Shown here in pieces: positions 16,553 through 25,923 of a DNA stretch of 64,000 nt (position 1 is the first letter of the stretch; the number at the start of each line of letters is the position of its first letter). The DNA is from a virus. The position numbers and the translations under genes were made by a program. The DNA lies in IMG/VR virus record IMGVR_UViG_3300045988_161114, positions 32,001 through 96,000 of that record. One strand, written 5' to 3'. The notes below the pieces were generated by a model, which saw only the letters and a program-made list of their open reading frames with translations, was not told where the DNA came from and made no database searches.

Positions 16553-17107
16553 TTATTCTTTTGGAAGTATATTTTCTTTAACAGTTTTAATATAGTTAGC
16601 AATAATGTCGTCTTCTATTTTTCCTTTAACGATCACCATGCTTTCACCAAAGTCTGCTTCTAGTCCATAACGAGATTTATGTCCAGAACCTAATAATAGA
16701 CCTTTTGTTTTAGCTAGCCCTTGAACTACTAATATATGCCATTCTCCAGCATTAACTTCTGTACCATAGCTTAATGTTTCTGGATCTTTGCTAGTTACTA
16801 CTGTGCGTGGGCTATTTTTATTAGTCCATTCATCCCATTGTGCTGTCCAGCTTGTAGCAGCAATAGAGAATTTCTTAACGCCATCCACTTCTCGTTTATA
16901 AACTGTCAAATATCCTGTACCGCTAGTTTCATTACCATCAGGAGTATCTATAACTGTGCCAAACAGTACAGTTCTTTCCGATGGAGCATCGTGAAATCTA
17001 ACTGGAATTACTGCAGTAATTTGTTCTCCGGCTTGGATATCTAAACCATCAATTCTAGGATAGTGGCCATAACCAACTGCATTAACTTTTGATTGTAAAA
17101 AATACAT
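16553..17107 (-). CDS. Virion-module protein with jelly-roll (ConA/LamG-like) features, paralogous to the N-terminus of ORF 17125-18840
   Basis: By-eye alignment: GYGHYPRIDGLDIQAGEQITAVIPVRF vs SAGLHPVIKAGLRADHGEHTVFVPFRL, and DGVKKFSIAATS vs GGKKFKITSN. Confidence 0.5.
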   Translation of the reverse strand: MYFLQSKVNAVGYGHYPRIDGLDIQAGEQITAVIPVRFHDAPSERTVLFGTVIDTPDGNETSGTGYLTVYKREVDGVKKFSIAATSWTAQWDEWTNKNSPRTVVTSKDPETLSYGTEVNAGEWHILVVQGLAKTKGLLLGSGHKSRYGLEADFGESMVIVKGKIEDDIIANYIKTVKENILPKE

Positions 17108-17124
17108 TTTTATTCCCTATATTG

Positions 17125-18840
17125 TTATTTATCTTCTTTAACTATAAGTTTATATCCAACTACTGGAGTAGATGTTGCTACTGCTCTAACTGTTAAACCT
17201 TCTCCATCAGATTTAACTGATTCTTCTGTTGCATTTTTAAGATTAAAGGTGTACATACCTTTAGCTTCTTGTCCTTTTGCAGTTTCCTCTTCGTCTTCGG
17301 TTTCGCTGTTTTCAGTATTACCGCTAGTTACTGGAGGGTTTGTTTCTGCCGTACCGCTAGGTTGCTCAGTTTCACCAGCAGGTTTGTTTCCTTCAGATTC
17401 TGCAGCTGGTTGAGCTGTGTTAGCTCCACCATTTTGTGCTTCAGATTCTTTAGGAGTGTTTTCTGCATTAGGAGTAGCTGTTTCAGATGGTGTTACAACT
17501 GGAGACTCATTATTTTCTGGTTTAGGTTTTACTTCTTCACTAGATCCACTTTCTACTGGTTTAGCCACCTCTCCTGTATTTTGTTCAGATTGTGACCCTT
17601 CTGTTGCAGGAGCAGGAATTACGGCGGCAGTAGATTCAGTTTCTGAATTGGCTGGTGCTGGTTGAGTAGCTGCTGCAGCTTCAGATTCTTTTAATTCGGT
17701 GTTGCCACTCTCCGAGTTACCTGGTTGGGTAGCCTCACTTGTTGGAGGTGTCCCTTGTGGAGATTCTGGCTGTGTTACAGCACCGTTATTCCCTGACTCT
17801 GTAGTAGCTGGGTTTTCAGTTTGTCCTGACTCACCTGATGGTTGTGGTGATGCTGGAGCTACTGGTTGTGGTTGTGTTACTGTGGGTTGCTCACTTACTT
17901 CTGGCTGATTCGCTGCGGTATCTGAACTTGTTTCTGGTGCAGGTTTTTTAACTGGTTTATCTGTTTGGGCAACATAGTTTGGTTGTCCCTTATCCTCATC
18001 ATTATCAGTTGCGTAGAATATATATCCTTCTACTGGAGGCACAGATTTAACTACACTAATCTTTAGCTCGCCTTTGCCATCAGACTGAGATGTTTGAGTT
18101 TCATTATCTGATAAGACTAAATTAAATGTGTATATGCCAAACTTAGCTCTGTCTCCCTCACCTAATTCTAATATATTATTATTAGGAATGTTAGGATTTA
18201 CATTTTTAGGCGTTTCAGGTACTGCAGGAGTTGCAGGTGCTGGATTAGCCGGTGTAGCTGCTGGTGGTTGTGCCGGTGCAGGTGTAGGCTCTACGGGGGT
18301 GGCAGGCTTAGGCTGTACTGGAACTAATTTAGCTGCTTCAATAGCTGCTAATGTTTTAGTTTTCTCTTCGCCATATTTAGTAGTCCACTTAGTATGTTCA
18401 GCGACTATTGATTCACCCTCTATTTTTCTTTCAGAGAATACTTTTATACCCTGATAGAAATCTGCAGTTACAAGTTTGGATGCACCAAGATGAACAAGTG
18501 TTCCAAGCTCTGCTGAGAATGATAATGTATAAATTTGGCCGAAGTCTAATTCTCTACCATCATATTTTTGTCCATCAATATAGATATTATATTTTTCTAC
18601 ATTGCTAGTAATCTTGAACTTTTTGCCCCCTTTTGTAGGGTCAGTTACAACTATACCGTGTGAATATCCATTACCAGATACCAATACGCCAATATTATGC
18701 TGCGTATTGATAGACTCAAGTCTGAATGGGACAAATACAGTATGTTCGCCATGATCAGCTCTAAGTCCTGCTTTTATTACTGGATGTAAGCCGGCTGAAT
18801 ATGTAGTTTCTTTTCTGCCTGATCTAACAAATTTTAACAT
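17125..18840 (-). CDS. Fibre or decoration-like protein: jelly-roll N-domain, PT linker, small beta-domain, about 230-aa acidic disordered region, second copy of the small domain
   Basis: Low-complexity P/T/E/S/Q/A stretch at aa 295-525. Duplicated motif GIYTFNLVLSDNETQTSQSDGKGELKISVVKSVPPVEGYIF / GMYTFNLKNATEESVKSDGEGLTVRAVATSTPVVGYKL. Confidence 0.6.
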   Translation of the reverse strand: MLKFVRSGRKETTYSAGLHPVIKAGLRADHGEHTVFVPFRLESINTQHNIGVLVSGNGYSHGIVVTDPTKGGKKFKITSNVEKYNIYIDGQKYDGRELDFGQIYTLSFSAELGTLVHLGASKLVTADFYQGIKVFSERKIEGESIVAEHTKWTTKYGEEKTKTLAAIEAAKLVPVQPKPATPVEPTPAPAQPPAATPANPAPATPAVPETPKNVNPNIPNNNILELGEGDRAKFGIYTFNLVLSDNETQTSQSDGKGELKISVVKSVPPVEGYIFYATDNDEDKGQPNYVAQTDKPVKKPAPETSSDTAANQPEVSEQPTVTQPQPVAPASPQPSGESGQTENPATTESGNNGAVTQPESPQGTPPTSEATQPGNSESGNTELKESEAAAATQPAPANSETESTAAVIPAPATEGSQSEQNTGEVAKPVESGSSEEVKPKPENNESPVVTPSETATPNAENTPKESEAQNGGANTAQPAAESEGNKPAGETEQPSGTAETNPPVTSGNTENSETEDEEETAKGQEAKGMYTFNLKNATEESVKSDGEGLTVRAVATSTPVVGYKLIVKEDK

Positions 18841-18854
18841 AATTTACCTTTTAT

Positions 18855-18875
18855 AGAGGGGCTGTTAACCCCTCT
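18855..18875 (-). terminator. GC-rich stem-loop between two late genes
   Basis: AGAGGGG (18855-18861) / CCCCTCT (18869-18875) with a 7-nt loop, in the 45-bp gap downstream of the 1212-aa gene. No strong U-tract. Confidence 0.35.
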
Positions 18876-18885
18876 TATTAAGTTA

Positions 18886-21800
18886 TTAAATAGCACCTAC
18901 TAATTTAAATCCATCTGGAGCATATTTAGCTTCAGCTGAATCTAATGATTCTGTACTAACCAATTCTATAGTTGATGTGCCGGTGTCTTCAACAACTTTA
19001 TTGTCGCCGACATTTGCTTTATCCATAGAGAATACTATCTCTCTAACATCCGGAAGATCTTCTGGATCTTCGATACCAGATTTAACAGACAACTGTTTCA
19101 TCTCTTCAGGAGTTCTTTGAATAAACTTATCTACTATGAAGTTTCCTCTAGCAACTAAATCTACAGCTAAATTACCAGCACCTTTGCTATATCTACTACC
19201 AATGCCAATAGATTTTCCTTTAGCATTAATATGTGTAGATATTCTAAACCATTGGTCTAACATAACCTTAGTGGCGCCATTTCTTTCTGCTGCGCCTGAT
19301 GTAATATCTTCATCAGTTGTGGTAATTACTTCTTTACCGTCTATATAAATAGTATTTTGATTTTTATTACGCATTATATAGAAGTAGTTAGCCTTTTTAC
19401 CGCCTATTGTAGGTACTAAGCCTTCAACAGATTCATTTTCATTACCAAATAAAACTACTCTTCCATAGCCATTAATACCTTTGCTACTTACCCTCATTTC
19501 TGCAGAAATTGTGGATTTTTTATTATCTGAATTTTCGCCGAAATCTATTTGAAGTAGAGCTATTTGTCCTCCAGTAACTGGGGATCCATTTATTCTTCCA
19601 ACACGTGTTACTAGTCTACCACGTTCACGATATGGGTCGATATAATACCATGTAGGATCAGTATATCTGTTTACCTGATTTGTAATTGTTACAAATGGAA
19701 CTACAGGGTATTTACCGTTTGTATCCCAAGCATACTCATCTGGCTTTTCACCTTTGAAGTTGAATATAATTCTTTCTTCGCTGGCGTCAAATGCTGGCAT
19801 TACAAGTTCTCTATCTGGACTCTTATCTGCTCGTACTGGAACTGTAACTACTTTATAGTAATTACCATTGAACATATTACCATCAATACCATATGTATCT
19901 TTATTGGTAGGAGGTTCTTTAATGTAAGAATATTTACCAGTTGCATCGTTGACCATCCAGTTGTTATCCCATTTAGAGGCTATAACACCTGTACCGCCAT
20001 CTGATGTATCCATATAGTATGTATTAGTTTCGATACCAGATCTGAATGCGCGTTTAGACGCATAAGGCATCGTTAATGTTTCTTTCATTACAGGGTCAAT
20101 AGTGTAGTAAGGTGCACTTTCTACTATATTGCCAGTGATTGTTGCATTAACAAGTGAATACAAGTTGAATGCGTATGCAAAGTTACCGTCGCGGCTATTT
20201 CTAACTCTGTTGTCAACGATTTTATCGCCGAATGCTGGACCACGATGTCTCCACGCACCCATAGTGATTGCAGAAGATCCGTTAATTGTGCTTGTTTCAA
20301 ATTCAGCACCAGTACCATTTTCTGTTATCACATGTGATACTTGAGGAGCTTTATAGTAATCAGATCCTCTATTTACACCAACTGCTCTAATACCGCCGTT
20401 TGCGTCAACTTCTGTTACCCAACCGAAGCATCCACGTGCATCATGTGAACCTGTAGATTTATAACTATTATCTATAATAATACGGTCATGCACTTTATAT
20501 CCGGTACCAGGTTTTGTAACCTTAATGTTTCTTACAGCTCGGCTTCCGTATGGCTCACCAAATGGCAATGCATATGTAAATACATTATCTTTGATTGAGA
20601 ATCCATAGTGTCCATAGTTGTAATATAGGCCAGATGGGGCATATATATTGTTGCCATGAACAATAAAATTACCGCGCAACCACCATTTGTTTAGTTTACG
20701 TCTTTCATTAGGACCAAGGTCACCATTGCTGAAATGCAGGCCCATAACTCCAACCACAAATGTGTTGTAAGAAATATCCATTACTGAGTCTGAATAAGTA
20801 TGTGTTAACAGCTCTTCTGTTACACCATCATCGCCTGTAGCTAATGATTCACCAACTACAACTGATACACCATAGTAACCTGCTGTACCTTTATTCCATC
20901 TGTAGTAGATTTTAGAGCCACAGTGAGCATCCATTACTTTACGGGCACATGTACCGAAGTCATTATGTTCGGCACGGATATCTGTCATTGGCAATGATCT
21001 AGAAACCCATAATCCATAACCAGGGTCGATGTTAACACCAGTACCAGAACGAGAATGTTGTACACTCCAATCTGGGTGTCCTACTATGCCATCACATTCC
21101 AGCCCTGATATAACAATACGGTCAACACGGTTTAATCCTATGATACCGGTATAGTTGTAGCGTCCATTACCACCAAGTAGATATTGTCGTCTTGCAACAA
21201 GGCCATTTGCCTCAGCAGTTTTAATATCTCCACGTCCAACAGATACACCGTCAATACGACCTAAACGTCCGTATACAATTGCACCACCGTGGAAACCTTC
21301 TGCTAAGAAGTTCATAATTACAGTGTCTTCATCACCGAAGATTGTAATTGCGTTACCGTTAGAACCATATTGCATTCCGCCCCATGTTCCCCATCTTTCA
21401 GCAGTAGTACCATCTTCTTGAGGGAATTCATGTTTGCCTGTTTGTTTATTTATATAACCACCAGGACTAACCCTTGAACGACAATTTAATTCTTGTGCGC
21501 TAAGTTTAGTTACAGGGTCGGCTTGTAATCCAGCATCGTTACCGTTTTCATACACACGGTTAAGAATATCTCTAGTGATAAGTTTAGTTAACGCAGGAGT
21601 TTCTTGTATATTTTCCGTTATGGCAGAGTTGTTATCAAATACTGATAAATCAATAGTATAATTAGAAGTATTGAAACCGAACTTCCAATAACCTTTTGTT
21701 GCATAGCTATTACCGTGGTTAGGATGCTCTTCTGACCATCCATCTATAGGAGGCATGAATCCTTTTTTGCCACCTTTATATCCACGTTCCTGGAACCAAC

Positions 21801-22524
21801 GAGTAGTAAATGTACCGAAATCTTTAATGAAGTGATTACCGGAATTGTAACCATCATGAGATCCAAGATAGAATGCTGATTGACCAAGTTTCTTAACGAT
21901 AAACATTGTTCCGTTAAAGTCGATATACAGTCTACGCTTGTGATGTATGTACACACATGGCTGCATTGTTCTAAGTTCTAATCCTAGATCCTCATGTCTC
22001 ATTTCGCCAGCTTCTACAAGCTGTCTTTGTAATTGTCCACGAGTATCTGGACCATCAGATTGTTCTACTCTGGAAACTTTTTTATACACGCCGTTTTCAA
22101 GGACTTTAAATGAGAACTCATCTACCATGTAGTTTTCATTTTTGTCAATCAAGAATCTAGATGTCTTACGAGTCTTGATTATAGAGCCATCAGGAATAGC
22201 ATCAAAGGCTTGTTGAAGTATTATAGAGTGGTTAGTTTCAGCATCGCGGCTTCTATTCTTTTCATAGAAACCAGAGATGATTCTTTCTTTTTCTTCGCCT
22301 TCAAACCAGTCTTCCAAATAGAAAACTTTGTCTTCATCATGAAGTGGCCACTTAAGGGCCGCTTCATTTAATAAGGTTTGTTTACGTTTCTCTGCTAACC
22401 CTCTTGATGTTTCTTCATCATAGAAAGAGCTTTGAATTGTTTTAGGCAATGTTTCTTTAAGTTTAAATTGGTCTAAGCCTATTTTAAATATAGACTTATT
22501 AACACTTGCTTCATCAAATGCCAT
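18886..22524 (-). CDS. Large tail spike or fibre protein with probable right-handed beta-helix (depolymerase-like) core and C-terminal jelly-roll domain
   Basis: 1212 aa. The central region shows repeated short beta-helix-like turns (GNFIVHGNNIY, IIIDNSY, IVDNRVRNS, ATITGNIVES). The C-terminal GGKKANYFYIMRNKNQNTIYIDGKEV resembles the downstream paralogues. Confidence 0.45.
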   Translation of the reverse strand: MAFDEASVNKSIFKIGLDQFKLKETLPKTIQSSFYDEETSRGLAEKRKQTLLNEAALKWPLHDEDKVFYLEDWFEGEEKERIISGFYEKNRSRDAETNHSIILQQAFDAIPDGSIIKTRKTSRFLIDKNENYMVDEFSFKVLENGVYKKVSRVEQSDGPDTRGQLQRQLVEAGEMRHEDLGLELRTMQPCVYIHHKRRLYIDFNGTMFIVKKLGQSAFYLGSHDGYNSGNHFIKDFGTFTTRWFQERGYKGGKKGFMPPIDGWSEEHPNHGNSYATKGYWKFGFNTSNYTIDLSVFDNNSAITENIQETPALTKLITRDILNRVYENGNDAGLQADPVTKLSAQELNCRSRVSPGGYINKQTGKHEFPQEDGTTAERWGTWGGMQYGSNGNAITIFGDEDTVIMNFLAEGFHGGAIVYGRLGRIDGVSVGRGDIKTAEANGLVARRQYLLGGNGRYNYTGIIGLNRVDRIVISGLECDGIVGHPDWSVQHSRSGTGVNIDPGYGLWVSRSLPMTDIRAEHNDFGTCARKVMDAHCGSKIYYRWNKGTAGYYGVSVVVGESLATGDDGVTEELLTHTYSDSVMDISYNTFVVGVMGLHFSNGDLGPNERRKLNKWWLRGNFIVHGNNIYAPSGLYYNYGHYGFSIKDNVFTYALPFGEPYGSRAVRNIKVTKPGTGYKVHDRIIIDNSYKSTGSHDARGCFGWVTEVDANGGIRAVGVNRGSDYYKAPQVSHVITENGTGAEFETSTINGSSAITMGAWRHRGPAFGDKIVDNRVRNSRDGNFAYAFNLYSLVNATITGNIVESAPYYTIDPVMKETLTMPYASKRAFRSGIETNTYYMDTSDGGTGVIASKWDNNWMVNDATGKYSYIKEPPTNKDTYGIDGNMFNGNYYKVVTVPVRADKSPDRELVMPAFDASEERIIFNFKGEKPDEYAWDTNGKYPVVPFVTITNQVNRYTDPTWYYIDPYRERGRLVTRVGRINGSPVTGGQIALLQIDFGENSDNKKSTISAEMRVSSKGINGYGRVVLFGNENESVEGLVPTIGGKKANYFYIMRNKNQNTIYIDGKEVITTTDEDITSGAAERNGATKVMLDQWFRISTHINAKGKSIGIGSRYSKGAGNLAVDLVARGNFIVDKFIQRTPEEMKQLSVKSGIEDPEDLPDVREIVFSMDKANVGDNKVVEDTGTSTIELVSTESLDSAEAKYAPDGFKLVGAI

Positions 22525-22536
22525 TATTTAAAATCC

Positions 22537-24123
22537 TTATTCAGTAAATACTTCTACACCAGGTTTAGGGTTTAGATCTTCGTCTAATTGTGCGTCACCA
22601 TTCGCTAAGACATAACTGGTAAGCTCACTTGGGTCAACTTTAGGTCCAGATATGTAAAGTTTTTGTCCATTATCTTTTCTGATTATGTATTTATTTGGAT
22701 TAGCTGGCTGAGCCGGAGTTGGTTCTGCTGGGGCAGGAGCTGCAGGAGTTCCACCTTGATCACCATTTCCAGGTGTTGGAGCTACTGGGCCTGGAGTGTT
22801 GCCAGGTTGTCCAGGAGTAGGTGCTGGAGCAGGGTTATCTGGCTGAACTGGCTGTGCATTAGCTTTTTCAAGTGCCTCAACTTTAAGTCTTAATGCGCTC
22901 AGAGCTTCTTCCAAGCTTGTAGCTTTAGTGGCAGCTGTACCAGCTAAGGTTTTAACCTCATTAATAGCCAACACTGTACTTCCTTTAGCTTCTGTTTCCA
23001 GAGCAGTTAAAGCACCAACTTTGTCTTCTACAGATTTAACAGATTCTTTTGCTTCAGTGGCAGATTTAGCAGCTTCATTTGCAGTGCTTGTAGTGACAGA
23101 CAAATCAGTTTCTACTTTAGTGATTTTGCCTTCATGTTCAGTAACTTTTGTTGCAGCCTGTTCGATTTTGCTTGTAGCTTCATTTACACGAGCTTCAGCT
23201 TGAGATGCTTTTGTTTCAGCAGCTGATGCTTTACTTTCAGCTTGAGTAGCCTTTGTTTCGGCCTGTTCTACCTTGCCAGTAACTGCTTCTGCTTTTTCTT
23301 GTGCGCTTGCAGCTTTTTTCTCTGCTTCTTCAATTTTGTTTGTAGCAGAATCAACTTTAGATGAAGCTTCCAATGCTTTTTGTTCAGCCTGGGTTATTTT
23401 GCTTACAGCTTCATTTGCTTTAGATTCTGCCTCGTTTGCTTTAGTAACAGCTTGTGAAGCTTTTGTTTCTGCCTCATTAGCTTTACCACTAGCTTCGGTA
23501 GCCTTAGTTTCAACTTCTGTTACTTTTCCAGCAGTCTCTGCAGCTTTAGTAGCAGTATCCGTAGCTTGTTGTGCTTTTTCGCTAGCAGATTGTGCAGCTT
23601 CCAATGCTTTGCGGGCTTTTTCTTCGGCATCAGTTGTTTTAGTATTTATGATTGTAATTGCTCCAGATACATCGCTTGCTGTTTTGGCAGCTTGTGAAGC
23701 TTGTTGTGCAGCCTGTTGTGCAGTTTGTTGAGCAGCTGATGCAGTTTCTGTTGCCTTAAGAGCTTTTGTACCGGCTTCTTCTGCGGTAGTTTTAACTCCT
23801 GAAACTATTTGATTTTTAATAGCTTCATCTGTTAATGCTGAATTTACAGCACCACTAACTGCTTGCTTAAGCATTTCTTGGTCTATGCTTGCTGCATCTA
23901 AAACTGCTGTACCATCTCTAGCGGCAATTAATGCGCCCTGTTTTGACAGAACAGTTGATCTAGGTGCGTCTGAAGTAACACGGCCATCGTCTATAGCAGC
24001 TAAGATGGCAGAGACTGTCTCTAAGCTAACTTTATCCAGATCAACTTTAGTTCCATTACGTGTAACAGAGATACCGTTTACAAAGGTAAAGCTGGTATCT
24101 TTAGAAGTTAATGTAACTTGCAT
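22537..24123 (-). CDS. Coiled-coil fibre or whisker protein (528 aa)
   Basis: About 25 near-perfect heptads (xxKxxxA, e.g. ETKATEA SGKANEA ETKASQA VTKANEA ESKANEA), then a Pro-rich linker (QPDNPAPAPTPGQPGNTPGPVAPTPG) and a small C-terminal globular domain. Confidence 0.65.
   Translation of the reverse strand: MQVTLTSKDTSFTFVNGISVTRNGTKVDLDKVSLETVSAILAAIDDGRVTSDAPRSTVLSKQGALIAARDGTAVLDAASIDQEMLKQAVSGAVNSALTDEAIKNQIVSGVKTTAEEAGTKALKATETASAAQQTAQQAAQQASQAAKTASDVSGAITIINTKTTDAEEKARKALEAAQSASEKAQQATDTATKAAETAGKVTEVETKATEASGKANEAETKASQAVTKANEAESKANEAVSKITQAEQKALEASSKVDSATNKIEEAEKKAASAQEKAEAVTGKVEQAETKATQAESKASAAETKASQAEARVNEATSKIEQAATKVTEHEGKITKVETDLSVTTSTANEAAKSATEAKESVKSVEDKVGALTALETEAKGSTVLAINEVKTLAGTAATKATSLEEALSALRLKVEALEKANAQPVQPDNPAPAPTPGQPGNTPGPVAPTPGNGDQGGTPAAPAPAEPTPAQPANPNKYIIRKDNGQKLYISGPKVDPSELTSYVLANGDAQLDEDLNPKPGVEVFTE
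23104..23631 (-). repeat. 21-nt periodic coding repeat (heptad array) within the coiled-coil fibre gene
   Basis: aa 165-340 of ORF 22537-24123 follow an Ala/Lys/Glu/Thr heptad register. The same bias produces stop-free antisense frames, which appear as spurious plus-strand ORFs. Confidence 0.6.
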
Positions 24124-24158
24124 GTTTTGTTTCCTGATTATATTTTAATCTTCTTATA

Positions 24159-25919
24159 TTAGACGACTTTAAATATTATTCTTGTTATTTCAGGTTTAGT
24201 ATATGAATCCAATGATTTCATATCTGCCCTTATCTTAACAGATTTAATAGAAGAATATCTACTACGCGCCAATACATACAGTTTTGAAACGTCGTCAGAT
24301 GTCTGCAATTGAACACCATCTTCTTTAGTGTTCAATTCAATTGTATCTGTTATTTCGTTTCCAAGTATATAGTCAAATGTATTAACAATAAGTACGAACA
24401 TATTGTTTTCGTAATCATTGTCATGTACAGTTGATTCTATATTATCTTTTTTGATAGTAAATGTTCCATTTGAATACGAAATTATTTCGACATTTGAATA
24501 ATCAAATAGCTTATTAAATTTACTTTTTGGAACATCTATTGTTAATAGGCCGCATCTTAGTAATGTATCTCCGCTAAATGGTACACCATTTATAAATACA
24601 GTATCTTTAAAATGAACCTTTTTATCTTTTGTAACTATTCCTGTTATAGATATACTATCACCATTATCTACAAATGGGTTAGACCCATTGTAGAATTTTA
24701 TAAGATTGCTTTCAAACATTCCTTTATCAATAAGATTAGTATATATGTGTTTTCCATTAGATTCTGTGAATCTTGTCATTACACCAACATTATTATCTAT
24801 AAAATCATTTATAGGAATTAAAGATCTTATTGTATAATCACTTCTAGATATAGCTCTTAATGGTTTTATTGTTTTATATATTCCACCATCAATAGAGATC
24901 ATGTAATTTATGCTTACGTTTTTATTTTCGTAATTATCACATGTATCTATTGCGATATATTCCCCGGCGGCGTTTATATCTATATCGTTACTTTGGAATA
25001 TCGTTTCCGTTTTGTATTTCTTCATAGCTATGAATATATGACTAACATCCCATATATAGTTGTATAATCCATTATTCAAAGCTGTATGCCTAGAGAAATG
25101 AACAGATATTTTTACATATCTGTCATTAGACATATTGAATGACAAATCTAATTCATCCGTCAATATTTTATCACTGTTTAGATAATTATAATAGACCCCA
25201 TCGCTACTGGTGTACACTGTATAGACATATGGCTTTTCTGTCTTTATTTGTATATTGTTAAATGAATTATATTCTGCGCGGTCAACTACAAATTCTAATG
25301 TTTTACTGCCAGATAATGAAGATGTACCAGTAACATTAAATTGCTTCATGATGTTTATTATTTCATCAGATTTCATAATTGGCGTATTATCAACACTTCT
25401 TATTAAACATTCATTGACGCCAGTTATATCAGACATTGTACATCTTATATGTTCTAATGTTATCTTAGAATTTGATATATCCTTATCATTGTCGAATTTG
25501 TCTGAACTGTTTACACCAAATATTTTACCATTTGATACTGATGCTGTTGTACTTGCAGAATTATAAGATTTATTAGTTGGAGTGTAATACACTATCTTTG
25601 TATATTTAGAGTTTGATCTATCTGCTAGTGCAGCACCTTTTGCAGATGTAGATAACTTATTTATTCTGTTACCTATATCTGTTGTATAGTTTAACATTTT
25701 TTCATAAATCTTATTTGCCTTTTCTGTCATTTCAGTAACTTTATCTTGATTATGAAATAATATTTTATGCCAATTCCAAAAAGTATCTCTAAGATTTTTA
25801 TCAGTGTAAACACCGTTACTTAATGATAACGGTGTTACATCTGATCTTTCGGTATTTATAGTAGATTCATTTATTGGCGAATATGAATCAAAAAGCCTAG
25901 ATATTTTATTTAAATCCAC
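24159..25919 (-). CDS. Virion fibre/baseplate-module protein, function unknown (586 aa)
   Basis: Long ORF in the late operon. Extremely N/I/Y/K/S/D-rich. No catalytic motif recognised. Confidence 0.55.
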   Translation of the reverse strand: MDLNKISRLFDSYSPINESTINTERSDVTPLSLSNGVYTDKNLRDTFWNWHKILFHNQDKVTEMTEKANKIYEKMLNYTTDIGNRINKLSTSAKGAALADRSNSKYTKIVYYTPTNKSYNSASTTASVSNGKIFGVNSSDKFDNDKDISNSKITLEHIRCTMSDITGVNECLIRSVDNTPIMKSDEIINIMKQFNVTGTSSLSGSKTLEFVVDRAEYNSFNNIQIKTEKPYVYTVYTSSDGVYYNYLNSDKILTDELDLSFNMSNDRYVKISVHFSRHTALNNGLYNYIWDVSHIFIAMKKYKTETIFQSNDIDINAAGEYIAIDTCDNYENKNVSINYMISIDGGIYKTIKPLRAISRSDYTIRSLIPINDFIDNNVGVMTRFTESNGKHIYTNLIDKGMFESNLIKFYNGSNPFVDNGDSISITGIVTKDKKVHFKDTVFINGVPFSGDTLLRCGLLTIDVPKSKFNKLFDYSNVEIISYSNGTFTIKKDNIESTVHDNDYENNMFVLIVNTFDYILGNEITDTIELNTKEDGVQLQTSDDVSKLYVLARSRYSSIKSVKIRADMKSLDSYTKPEITRIIFKVV

Positions 25920-25923
25920 TATA

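Noticed and set aside
17269-18608. Plus-strand ORFs (66-108 aa) antisense to the PT-rich 571-aa gene
   Set aside because: They are composition artefacts of the Pro/Thr/Glu/Ser-rich region, with Cys/Phe/Ser/Gly-rich nonsense translations and no RBS context.
22663-24148. Several plus-strand ORFs (76-152 aa; e.g. 23273-23731) antisense to the coiled-coil fibre gene
   Set aside because: They translate to Ala/Ser/Cys/Phe-rich low-complexity strings. They exist only because the Ala/Lys/Glu heptad codons (GCN/AAR/GAR) leave the reverse frames stop-free, and the minus-strand ORF is far longer and protein-like.
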